Source: Mobula hypostoma (lineage: Eukaryota). From it: a stretch of 64,000 nt of DNA. The stretch lies in assembly GCF_963921235.1 (NCBI RefSeq), contig NC_086107.1, positions 102,240,001 through 102,304,000 on the forward strand, given 5' to 3'. The translations under genes were made by a program, and so were the position numbers. The notes beneath the pieces are model-generated. The model was given only the letters and a program-made list of their open reading frames with translations. It searched no databases and was not told the origin of the DNA. Below, piece by piece: positions 50,481 to 62,706 of the stretch (its first letter is position 1; every line of letters begins with the position of its first letter).

Positions 50481-53400
50481 CCTTTATCTAAACAATGCTT
50501 GTTAACTTTCTGAAACTTGCAGAGAGTCATTAAGTAACAGTTAACTAATTTAAATGCCTTTAACAACAAAACTACTGGGGTTTTAAAATAAAAGGTCTAT
50601 GAGGAATATTTCCTCAGCAGATTTAGAACCACTCATTTAAAAACTATCAAGAATATCCTTAACTTGTCAGAACTTTGTAACAAAGTTGCTGGTTCACTTA
50701 TGTTTGCTACAAAGTTCAAAACACATTATGACAGAATACACCTTCCATCAGGTGTTACTTGCTCGAATTCACATAGTATTGGTAATTTCTTGAAAGCTTT
50801 ACCAGTGTATTACAAGGCAAAGGAAAAGTTTTTTATTTTTAAATTAGGACATCTATTGGTGAATGGTGAGAAAGCAGAAAACATACTTTCAGTATCTCCA
50901 GTTTTTTTAAAATTAACATCAACCAAGCAGACACATTTAGTGTAGTACCAGAGGAAATAAATATCCAATCTTAACCCTCTCAACCATCAAGACAAAATGA
51001 TAAATCTAAAAGGTAAGGTCAAATAGCACCTGTTTTAAGAGCTTACACACTTAAATGGAAAATTGCACTTAGCAAAGAACCAACAGAAGCAGAAAGGAAA
51101 TGGTTTATAGGAAGAAAACTATAATATAGGAGGACCCTTCCTGACTGCAGAGCATCCCTAAGAGGATTCAACAAAGTAATTTTGATGTGCAAAGATTGTT
51201 ATAAGAAATGAACTCTGGAAGCCAATTTTTACATGACAAGTTCCAATAAACATTAAAGCATCTGCTTTTACTAGTGTTGGTTGAAAGTCAGAATATTAAC
51301 CATGACACCAAATTATTAAACCAATTCTTTCATTGCATATAGCCTACAATGCAATGTTGCAATCACCTATCAGAAAGGAAATTTACCAGACAATGCAAAT
51401 ACAAAAAAACACAGAATATTTAATTGTTCTAATAATCCCATAACTGGGTACTTGAAATATATTGTACTACTATACTCAATCCAAAAAGTATTAGATGCAC
51501 CTCAAGACAGGTCATTTAAAAATTTTGACTTTATTTGTATAATAGAAGAGCCGAGAAAAAGAAATCTGTACATTAAAGTGCATTGAAGTACAGCTCAGAG
51601 TACATTTAAATTCCTAAATACTTTTCCCCCCAAATATCTATTGTTGTCTGGATTAAAGGCTATTACAGGAATTATAAATACACTTAAAATAACACAGCCA
51701 AGTAGTTATCTTACATGCAACAAATCCCACAACTGCCATTTTAAGAAAATCATTCCATATAACAAATTGATTTAATGTACATAATTAAAGGCAGCAAAAC
51801 TCGTTCAAGCAAAATTTCAGATATCTGATAACTGAAGCATGTAAATGAAAAATTCAATAAAATTGTATTTTTATTATTTTAAATATTCTAAGATTGGACC
51901 AAGTACTTACAAGAGTAGGTACAGTATAGTGAGTGAGTTTTACTAAGAGAAAATTATATGGCATGTTAACTTTATGAACATTACAGAAGTTGAAGAAATA
52001 CAGAATAAACTATGTAGCAGCTAAGTGATACCAAGTTTAACAAACATCAAAGAGATTTCAAGAGAATCCTAAGTGGGCATTGGACATCTTGTCAGTGGAG
52101 AAGAAAACTAATTCAGCAATCACTGCAGACCATTTACTATGAAACTGATTAAGAAACAGTTGCTAAAAAGCTCCATAAGTGATCTATTTAAATTATTTTG
52201 CATTGCAATGAGGCTGCAACTTCTACATATACATTTTTCATTCAATTTGCCAATAAACTAGTTTCAGTAAAATCATGGAATGCAAGATCCATTTTATTTC
52301 ACCAGGCTGTCAATCCCTCATCTAAAACTGATATTAGAGCTACTGTCAAATCACTTGAGGAAATCTCTCATTTATGAAGTGTCACAAATTGCTTACTATC
52401 TGGAATTTAGTAAGCTTATAGTAGCATTCCAGTTGGCCAAGGATCACAGTAAAATGAAATGCAATTTCATTCACCTCAAAGCAACAGCACTACTGCTGCG
52501 AAGTGAATGATCAAAAATATAACTACATAAAAGATGGATTCAATGTATCAAATTAATAAAAACAAAAAGTACAAAGGGGAAAAAAATCAACCATAGGCAC
52601 GCACATAGGTGCTTAAAGGAACTACATACTCAAGTGTCAAAACCTGACATGGGCTTTGCCAAAATTGCCCTTAAATCCCTCCAGCATTTTGTGTATGCTG
52701 CTCAATGTGCAACTCATTTACTCCAAGTTCAATTTTAACTATATTGAAAACAATGCAAGATGCAACAAGCAGAAGCATTACTTCCAAATAAATTAAGTAA
52801 AATATGATTGTGGTATTATTTTCTGATTAAAGTATGGATACAACATACTATATAACTTGCTTGCCAAAACTTTATACAAATGAAATAGAATCATTTCATG
52901 CCAGAGCACAAAGTTATGTACTGTCAACACAGGAAAATAAACTCTTGTACATCATTAAGAAAGTTAATTTTTCCAAATTGAAGTTTTGTTTCTATTCTTA
53001 CTTGGACACAAGAAATCTAGCAAAGCTTGCTGCATATTTCCCCAAAGTCAAAACATTCCTTCTTAAGGTCTCTCATTCGTTTCACAACAAATGAAAATTC
53101 AACTAAAAACAGCCTTATAATATACTGAACAACATATCCTCTAATCAATAGTGTTTAATCTGTTGAAAACTTTTAAACAATATCCCAGAAATTCTTTTTT
53201 ACAGTACTACACAAAATCTTGCCATTTAAAAAATTACTCACTGAACGTCATGAGGCAAACTACTACACTGCGTCAACATGGTGTAACTCATTTTATTTAC
53301 ACAATACTCAGATCATGCAAAGTTATAAACTACACATTTTAAAGAGATGAACCTGTAACTACATACCCAGCAAACGAACCACATACATAATCTATTAAAC

Positions 53401-53799
53401 ATACATACCTAGTTAACTAATTTAAAAATGAAAGGCCTTTATACCTCCATATCATGATCTTCCATTAATACTAAAAATCTTAAGACTACCACTGTTATTT
53501 GTATGTAGGCTTCATAAGAAACGAATAAAGACATTTGTAACCCTTTAAGAGAGATAGAGAAAACTAATAAAACTGTAGCCTATGAAGGGAAAATGAGACT
53601 TCTCCATCCTCCGTAACAATAACCTGGACAATCACAGATCCTTTCCAGCCAGAGAAAAAGCATAGTCCAAGAGAATTACCAGAGTATTCTTTATAAATTA
53701 ACTCTTTACCCTCCTCCAAAATGTGCAATAAGATACATTTAACAAAATGCTTAAATAAAAATGGCATTTGCGAACTACAGCCCTGGGGGAAAAATTTTA

Positions 53800-55060
53800 T
53801 AACGCACGTACATAAAACTGACAAACTATTCAAGAAGGGTTTACACGGTACCTGTGCCATCGCTGGCCGGGGGAGCTGGGGAGGAGATTTTAGGCCGCTT
53901 GGCTGAAGGCGGTCCGTCCAGGAGATTCTCTGCCATTTCTTCCCCAGTTTAAAAATTACACGTTTCAACTTTTTTTCCCTTCCTCAAACGTAGAGGGAGA
54001 AAAAAAAGAAACAAACCCTCGCTAACTGATCGGTTGACTTGGGTTCTCGCTCAGCTTTCTTTCGCTCAAACAATTTCTATTCCTTATCGTTGAAGTCTGA
54101 GAGAGAGAGCGAGCGAGCGAGCCTAAGGCCTACGGCCAGGCCCAGGCTTTCTAGGTCGATCGTCCATGGGCACCAAGAGCCAGCAGAGAGAAAAAATAAG
54201 GACGGAAAGGGGGTGAAAATAATCAAAGAAAATGAAAGATCAAGTACAACGGTGTCTCCGGCGAAAACCTCATCATAAAGCACCTCACAGCCGTCTTTCC
54301 TTCCACATTCCCGACACCCGTAAAAAAAACCCTGTCAGAAAAAAAACCTTTAAAAAAATTCCCCCTCTCGATCCAATAAAGAGAGAACGATTCATCCACC
54401 GTCTCTCAAGAGTAAGCCTCCGCTCTTCACGGGGGTAAAAAAAAAACAGGAACCGTTGTTAAATCAAACGAAATGTTTCGGCATTTTTTCTTTCCCTAAC
54501 ATTTAAATTTTTTTTAAAATAACGGACGGTAGAGTCGGCAAAAAAAAAAGATGAGGCGTTTTTACAGTACTACTTTTTTTCCTCCCTGCTGTTCAATTCG
54601 TATTGCTGATTATATATTTTGTTAGTTTTCTTTTGTTCCCCCCCACCCCCCTCCCCGCCTTTTTCCTTTTCTTCCTCGTCCTTTTTTTCACCCCCTGCCC
54701 TCAATCCACACAAGCCGAGCGAAGGATCTCTGCTCTCCCTCTATCGCTCGCTTCTCTCTGTCTCCGTCTCCTCTCCTCCAAACAAAATGGCGGCTTGTTG
54801 TTCTCTCGGCGAGCGCAGCGCAGCGACGTAAAAAAAGAGGACCGCCGCTCGGCCCGACTCGGCTGCGGCTGGCGGAAACGGCCGAACCCGCCGTCTCACG
54901 TGACCGCCGCAGCTGCCTCCCATTCGCCGGCGGGCGCCGCATTACGTCATTTAACTCCACCGTCCCCAGGCTGGAGCCGTCCTGCAACAGGAGAAGGGGG
55001 CGGGGGAGGGGGAGGTGGAGGGGGGGTGATTTTGATTAAATGGGTGCGCGGACCATTGCA
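53800..55060 (-). promoter_or_regulatory. CpG-island promoter / 5' leader of EP300
   Basis: The only CpG-dense, GC-rich stretch in an otherwise CpG-depleted window. It surrounds exon 1. Motifs: YY1 CAAAATGGCGGC (54783-54794), E-box TCACGTGA (54896-54903), CRE-like ATTACGTCAT (54941-54950). The TSS is not determinable from sequence. Confidence 0.85.
53852..53936 (-). CDS. EP300: EP300 coding exon 1 (MAENLLDGPPSAKRPKISSPAPPASDGT, includes the NLS-like KRPK)
   Basis: ATG at 53936 in context GAAATGG. The translation matches the p300/CBP N-terminus. Donor CAG|GTACC, 85 nt, phase 1, joins exon 2 in frame. Confidence 0.95.
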
Positions 55061-58000
55061 AAAAAAAATTAAAACCCAGTTTGTTTTGTAGGACGTATAA
55101 TAAACGGTTCGAAAACATTATTTGTGTTTTGTTTTAATCTGTTTTATGGATTTGCACTGTAAATATTTTCACTAAGGGAACTACATTTTTCCCCCCACAT
55201 AGCAGTGCACTTCTTGTCTATATTTTTATCTGTATAAATCAGCCAATTGAATTACACCTCTAAAATAAATTTATTGGGCTATGATTGTCCCTTCCCCCCC
55301 AATAAAACGGTGGCTAGAGGACCCTTTATGATGGAAGCAAATAATTTTTAAATAGGAATTGTATATACTGTATCTCAATTTACAACAGAGCAAATAAAAC
55401 TACTACAATATTATGTTTCGAGTACACTTTTATTTCATTTTAAGTACACAAAGCAATGGAAACAGAACTAAAATGACCCTGTCAAATGAATTTTTACATT
55501 GATCATGGATTAAATGTTTGAGGAAACGACATGAAACATCACTCAAGGTGAGCCAAGTTATCCATGAATAGACTACAGAAACAAGAGATTTTTCTTGTTT
55601 AGTTGATCTCAGTTAAGAGAATCAAAGATTAATTAGCCTTTGTTTGGAAATAGATGGTTTAAAACAGCAGCTTAGTTTCCAGTCTTAATTGTTGACCAGC
55701 AAACTCTGCTGGAAATGTACTTTTTTATTATGTGGGCAGCAGCTGCAGGTTCCACTGAGACGACAAGTCTGCTGATGTCAAGCTCACAGGTGAGCAATGG
55801 TCACAGCGTACAGTAGTAGGTGGAACAGTCAGCTGGCTTGGAAACCATACCTTTAGGGCCGTGTCTGGATCTAGTGAGGAAAGGATTTAAAAACAACATT
55901 AATCTTAAGTACTCACCTTGGACAACAACTATTACAATAAATGAAAGATATTAATAGAAGTGAGGATAGTGAGAGTAACAATAAATAGAAGTGTGGCTGT
56001 AATTACATCTATTTGTATATAAAAAAAGTGTTATAATTACCAACAAGGGCCCAAATGTAACAGCAAATATATAATCATGCCCTATCCAGAACAGAAATAG
56101 TATAGTTTAAAGCAAACTATTGTCAGGAGCAGCAGAGTATGAAAAAGATTCTAGTTGAGAACATTAACATCACCATCTTGTCTTCAGTATAAACCAGTGA
56201 TAAATAACAGATAACCCAAAATCAACCGGGCTATTGTTATTATCCATCAAACACTTTTGTTTTCAATGAGGATAGAAGGGACTTAGCAAGTTTCACCAGA
56301 CATTACTCGAAAACCAATTCTAAATAATTTGACCTGGTATCTTCAGAGAACATAATAAATTCAAGATGAATCATCTAATCTTATGTTAAAATTGCAACCT
56401 TTTGTCATTTCAAATAATTGGAGCGCATGTGAATGTGGTTTAAAGATCAATTTAACAACTTCCAGCATCCAAAGGAGTTTTTAATAGAAATTAAAAACAG
56501 AATTGTATTAAGATTCCACTTTTCTGTTTGATCAACTTAAATAAAACTGGTGATTCTGTAAATTTAAGTTTGTGGCAAGTCCACAATGCCAATTTTAAAG
56601 TAGAATGATCAAATCTACTCTCTCAATGGTATCTAATTCGCTTAAAACTGGGCTGAAAAATAATGTGTACACACTGAGGCACTAAAAAAAAGCTGGCAAA
56701 GAACTTAGTATGAATTGCAATAACTTTAATCTAAAATGATTATATCCAAGATTCATCAATGTACTACAACACTAGTTAGTACTGAGCTAGTGAACATTCA
56801 AAGCGCAACTCAAATGCATAAACTTCTGGTTTGCTGAGGTGAGAGTGCTTCTTTAGGGAGAAGAGAAACTGTCACTAATCCTTTTCCTGATTGTTATCCA
56901 GTAATTCTGCACTAAAAATCTCGTCATTGAGACGCATATATGTCAGGATCAGCACTGATGCACTTAAAGGTGCAGCAATTTGCCAAGTGTGTCACACAGA
57001 AAGAATAGTTGTTTGGATAAGGTTCCATCTGAATGCAGAACTTGATACCATCTTGAACCATCACTTCTTTGGAAACAAAAGGGGAGAATGATATCCTTTC
57101 CTAATCACAACCTGCTAATTGACCAAGGTAGTTGTGTGCAGTTGCAATATGTGCAGAAAGCTGAGCAGAACAAATTTTTATTTTGCTTTAGAAAGCACAG
57201 ACTTTTTTTTTGAAAAGCCCTTGCAAAATTAAGAGCCAATGCTTCAAAGCTACAGGGCCTTCAACTACAAAAGGCACCAATGCATTTTTTCTTGAACTGG
57301 ACCATCAGGTATGGATAGGGAAAGCGGGAAACTATTAATTTTTTAAATTAAAATTAAAATTAAAACTCAAATCAACTTAATAGAAATGCTCAACTTGTTA
57401 AGCAACTTCTGTGGAGAGAGAAGCAAAATTGAAACTTCAGAACAAACATTCATCAGAAGAAGAAAATGCTGGAAGGGTTAAGAGGTGTCAAACTAAAGTT
57501 TTTAAGTAGTTCTTAAAATAGCATTTTTTTTAAACAAAGCACATAAGTAGCTAATTATGCAATGTCCCTGTGGAAAGTAACTGTGTTAAGAACCATCCAC
57601 AAGATGTGGTGAAACCACTCACTAAGGCTTCCCTGACAGCTGAAATTAAAAGCAGCATCTACCACTAAGAAGGCACTTAGGAATGCTATCATTTGGAAGT
57701 TTCAAGGTGCACATTGACAAATGGTCAGCAGTTCCAGTGAGAATCTAAAGTGCTGAAGAGTGGGTGGTAGCCCTGTTGCAGACTTCCAAAGGCTGCACTA
57801 TAGTGTGGTCGAATGGAGCACGCTGGATGCCAGGCACCAACACATCTGATCTCATGCCACATTCGCAGACTTACTACCAAGCTCTCCATAACACAGAGCT
57901 GCGGGGCTGTAGAAATTTTGTATCTGTCCCCCTCCCCCTAGTTTTACAAGAGATATAGCTGCTGCATTTAGCGTGGTCCCAGTCTTCTCAAATGGAATTG

Positions 58001-58889
58001 TAACCTTCACTCTAAAGGTAAGCACCTTTTTCCATTAGCTTTATTTTTATTGATTTCATTAATTTGCATGTTCCATGCAATTTTACTTGTTATAAATGTT
58101 TTAAACAGTTTTAATTATTTAAACGTTTTTCAGTTCAGTGTCTGATGATCCAAAACATTTAGAAATAGTGGACGGCAGGAACTAGGCGTCTGTGGTGGGG
58201 CGATTGTTCCATTGCCTGTGGACTAATTATTGTTTACCCGCTGTTTCTGATCACAGAGCAACACAGGCACATAAATGTAAACGAGAACATTCAGCGAAAG
58301 GCAAATGAGAGTTGTGAGCCAGAGGCAGTGCTATGTAGCCCAAGACCTTTCTTTTAATACATTGCTTTCTCCTCATTATCCCCCACATTAAAATCCTACA
58401 ACAATCCACCTAACTGCATTGTGGAGCATCTTTACCAGAGGACTACAGCGATTCAGGAAGATGGCTGACCATTATTCTTTCAAGGATAATGGCAACAAAA
58501 GTTGGCCTTGAAAGTGATGCCATTTCCCAAAAACAAACTAAAATATAACTTCTGCCTCAGAGTCTGAAGGCTGTGGGTCCAAGTTCCAATCCAAATGCTG
58601 AAGCAGCAAATCAGCAAAGCACAGGAGAATGTCACTGTGGTAGTTGCCATCCCTTAGATAGGTCACTTAAAACAAAAAATTCAACTGCAAAACCACGTGC
58701 AGGTACTTTGATGTCAAAGCTCACATCACCAAAACCGGTAGTTTGCATACTTAAAATACAAGCAGAAAATGCTGCAAGTATTTGGTTCAAGCATAATTTG
58801 AGAGGACAAAAAGAAAAGCATAGTATACCTTTCAGGTCCAAGACTTTTAAACAACCTGAGATTTCCAGCATTCATGGTATCTGACATAC

Positions 58890-59736
58890 AAAAGTGGATT
58901 CTGGTCAATTGGGCCATCGGTTAATTAGGGCAGCCAACTTATTTGGGTCAACTCTTAAAGAACAAAAATAAATTGAGAAAATAGCCCTTAGTGATTCCCT
59001 TTATTAATTTGGGACACTGAGCCGCTTAATTGGGACAGGAAACTGTTGCCAAACAGTTTCTGACCAGCATCAATCGCATGCACCTTTGTGGCAGTTAGAC
59101 ACTACATCACGCTTACAGCAAACAGTTTTAAAATGGCATCAGTAGTGTGTGCTCGTGTTATATCCACTTGGGCCGATAGACATTGATTAAAAAAAAAGTA
59201 CAGGCAGCATAGTTCGTCACTGATAGTTGTCGATGAATAAGCTGGAAAACAGAACTGTTTTGCTCACTGCGGTTTCAAGCATTCAGGCTTGGAGACGCCA
59301 GAAAGGGCTGGGAGTGAAATGAACGATTTCACTACTTCAGCAAGTTAGGGACTATGAAGAATTTGAAGACATTGACAATCATCTTGAATGTTACAATGAA
59401 AATGAAGATCATCCATGATCTGCACTAGGATCTGCGCTGATTTTGTTCAATTAAAGTCAAAAGAACACGGCAGCACACACTGGTTGAATTCCTCTGTTGA
59501 TAACTATTAGGAACAAATGCAGTTCTATAGTACTTTAATAGTATTGGTAGTGTTCTAATTTGTTCTGTATTTCATTTAAATACATAATTTGTTACTTTGT
59601 TAAACTGTAGTTTGTCCTTTTTTAAAAACAAAGTACCTATTTAACTATTTCCATGAAACTTCGGTTAATTGGGATAGCTGCTTAATTGGGCCAAAATGTA
59701 CAAGTTCCATGTGTCTCAATTAACTGAAATCCAATG
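58890..59736 (+). mobile_element. Tigger/pogo-like internally deleted DNA transposon
   Basis: TIRs agtggattctggtcaattggg / tctcaattaactgaaatccaatg|TA, with subterminal ttaattggg repeats. Residual NCFAHCGF..YEEFEDID.HLECY peptide. Confidence 0.7.
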
Positions 59737-60289
59737 TATTTGATAATGTGCTGTGCACAAATTGGCTGCCACATGTCCTGTATTTGAGAGGAAGCTACTC
59801 ATACGATGAAGGAAGACCTGAACACGGCCAAGACGGAGGACCTTCATTGCTGCCCTAATTGCCAGCAGGTATAATGGGCAATAACAATGGTTTGTATAAC
59901 AGCAGTAACTTCACTTCAAAACTTTTTTTTGGCTAGAAACAAGAGATGTCCTGATGTCACAATTACCAATGTTTCTATATCATAATCTAAATTTTATCAA
60001 AAGCAAGCATAAAAGCTGAAATAATCGTCTTTTCAGTCTTGTCAAACAATGATTTCCTGCTCTAGTTGCACAAGATGTCAACTTTCAGTAAGGTATGGGA
60101 ATAATCAGTTAAAGTTGAACAGTGCTCTTCAGAAAGGATCAGTAGAAAGCTCCATGTTCTCTCGTAATCCTGTCCAGGACTTTCCCCATCATCAGTCAAC
60201 AGTATTAGAAAGGCAAGGTCCAGCTCCCTTTCAGGTTTTCCAGGTAGCTGCCCAATCTTCTATCCCTCCTCAGAGCTGCTATGAGATAG

Positions 60290-60600
60290 AACAAGCACAT
60301 GATAAACAACAGGAACAGGAATAGGTCATCAGGCTCCTCAAACCTGCCATTTAATATGATCAGAGTTGATCCATGCTGGCCTCAACTCTTCAACTGTGTC
60401 AGATCTCCAATTTCCCACTTTCAAAAATTTACCTATCTTCACCTTGAATATTCCTAATGATACAGTGGTTTGTAAGATATAACTTCCACAACGTTTGCAC
60501 GTACCAACTTCCTTGTAATCAAAATAAATTTGACATGTAGTCTCTATTTGTTCACAACTGAAATTACATACTGTATATGCCCATTTAAACTGCTTTAACA
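60290..60600 (-). mobile_element. CR1 3' end remnant
   Basis: SLGIFKVKIGKFL in ORF 60338..60601, plus a CR1-like tail. Confidence 0.55.
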
Positions 60601-60605
60601 ATGTT

Positions 60606-60860
60606 CATCATCATCATGTGCCAGGTGTATGACGTGGGTGACCATGGTCTTTGACCACGATTGTTCTAGGAAAATTTTTCGATACAAGTGGTTTGTCATT
60701 GTCTTCTTCTAGGCAGTGTCTTTACAAGACGGGCGACTCCAGCCATTATCAATACTCTTCAGAGATTGTCTGCCTGGCGTCAGTGGTCGCATAACCAGGT
60801 CTTGTGATATGTACCAGCTGCTCATATGACATGTGAACCTATGGCTCCACATGACCTTGT
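60606..60860 (-). mobile_element. RTE-tailed SINE-like repeat
   Basis: (CAT)n end and an aagtggtttgtcattgtcttc motif typical of RTE-partnered SINEs, recalled from family knowledge. Confidence 0.45.
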
Positions 60861-61064
60861 CAAACAAACCTTCCACATCACCTGAATGTAGTGGTAATGA
60901 CCTGGAGCAGCAGGACCCCACAGCAACCTTCTCTTCCTTTATACCAGTCCCCTACTTGTTATTTCATGCACTTCAATTCGTTGAGACCCTAAAAGCACCT
61001 TCACTACTAATTCTGAGGATCCCCTGTTGCTTCTGATGATGAACACCACCGGAATTTTCCAGCC

Positions 61065-62706
61065 TGGGCATTGGTAAAATTACGCTGTTTTTCAATAAAT
61101 TTAAATTCCTCAGTGTTATTATTTCAGAGGACGTGCTCTGGGCTCAGCACGCAAGTACAATTGCGAAGAGAGCCCAGCAGCACCTCTACTTCTTTAGGAG
61201 TTTGTGAAGATTTGGCATAACATCTAAAACTTTGACAAACTTCTATAGATGAGATGTGGAGATTATATTGACTGGCTGCATACAGACTTCAACTACAGCA
61301 CAGAGTCTTGTCATCTTCAGAAGTTTTCTGATGACTCTGCCATAGTTGGATGCATCAGCAAGGGAGATGAGGCTGAGTACAGGGCTATGGTAGGAAACTT
61401 TGTCACATGGTGTGAGCAGAATTATCTGCAGCTTAATGTGAAAAAGACTAAGGAGCTGTTGGTGGACCTGAGGAGAGCTAAGGTACCGGTGACCTCTGTT
61501 TCCATCCAGGGGGTCAGTGTGGACATGGTGGAGGATTACAAATACCTGGGGATACGAATTGACAATAAACTGGACTGGTCAAAGAACACTGAGGCTGTCT
61601 ACAAGAAGGGTCAGAGCCGTCTCTATTTCCTGAGGTGACTGAGGTCCTTTAACATCTGCTGGACGATGCTGAGGATGTTCTACGAGTCTGTGGTGGTCAG
61701 TGCTATCATGTTTGCTGTTGTGTGCTGGGGCAGCAGGCTGAGGGTAGCAGACACCAATAGAATCAGCAAACTCATTCGTAAGGCCAGTGAAGTTGTGGGG
61801 ATGGAACTGGACTCTCTGACGGCGGTGTCTGAAAAGAGGATGCTGTCCAAGTTGCATGCCATCTTGGTCAATGTCTCCCATCCACTACGTAATGTACTGG
61901 GCGGGCACAGGAGTACATTCAGCCAGAGACTCATTCCACCGAGATGCAACACAGAGCGTTATAGGAAGTCATTCCTGCCTGTGGCCAAAGAACTTTACAA
62001 CTCCTCCCTTGGAGGGTCAGACACCCTGAGCCAATAGGCTGGTCCTGGACTTATTTCCTGGCATAATTTACATATTACTATTTAACTATTTATGGTTTTA
62101 TCACTATTTAATTATTTATGGTGCAACTGCAGCGAAAACCAATTTCCCCCGGGATCAATAAAGTATGACTATGATTATGATATAGAAACACCAATGCCCT
62201 TGAACAGAAGGTCCTACAAAAAGTAGTGGATATGACCAAGTTTATTTCGGGTAATGTCCTTCCCACCACCGGACGCTCTATACCATACGTTACAGTGAAG
62301 CAGGACCTGCTCACTTCTCACTGCTGCTATCAGGAAGGAGGTACAGAAGCCTCAAGACTCACACCACCAGGTTCAGGAACAGTTATTACCTCTTAGCCAT
62401 CAGGCTCTTGAACCAGAGGGGATAGCTTCACTTCATCATTGAAATATTCCACACAACCTATGGACTCGCGTTCAAGGACTCATCTCATGTTCTCGATAAT
62501 TATTGCTTATTTATTCATTATTATTTCTTTCTTTCTCTATTTGCATAGTTTGTTGTCTTTTGAACACTGTTTGAATGCTAAAGTTGGTGCAGCCTTTCAA
62601 TGATTCTATTATGGACTTATTGAGTATGCCCACAAGTAAACAAATCTCGGGGTTGTATATGGTGACATATACGTACTTTGATAATAAATTTACTTTGAAC
62701 TTTGAA
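61065..62706 (+). mobile_element. Rex1/Babar-like LINE 3' part (same family as 16757-19060) containing a younger nested LINE
   Basis: 61090-61280 and 62181-62706 are collinear with 18345-19060. Confidence 0.85.
61281..62180 (+). mobile_element. Young nested Rex1/Babar-like LINE, RT C-terminal frame with a single stop
   Basis: QKFSDDSAIVGCI..LNVKKTKE..YKYLG. ORFs 61249..61638 and 61666..62037 are the same frame. Tail gggatcaataaagtatgactatga. Confidence 0.9.

Noticed and set aside
1705..53936. Calling the gene CREBBP
   Set aside because: Despite MAENLLDGPP, most diagnostic residues in exons 2-11 are p300-type, as are the exon sizes (138, 175, 78 nt) as I recall them.
54603..55091. 162-aa plus-strand ORF and overlapping ORFs in the CpG island
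   Set aside because: Low complexity, non-ATG start and no recognisable domain; typical GC-rich shadow ORFs.
55590..57090. Two faintly similar segments (about 55590-55885 and 56820-57090) near the promoter
   Set aside because: Probably old SINE remnants; the similarity is too weak to support by eye.
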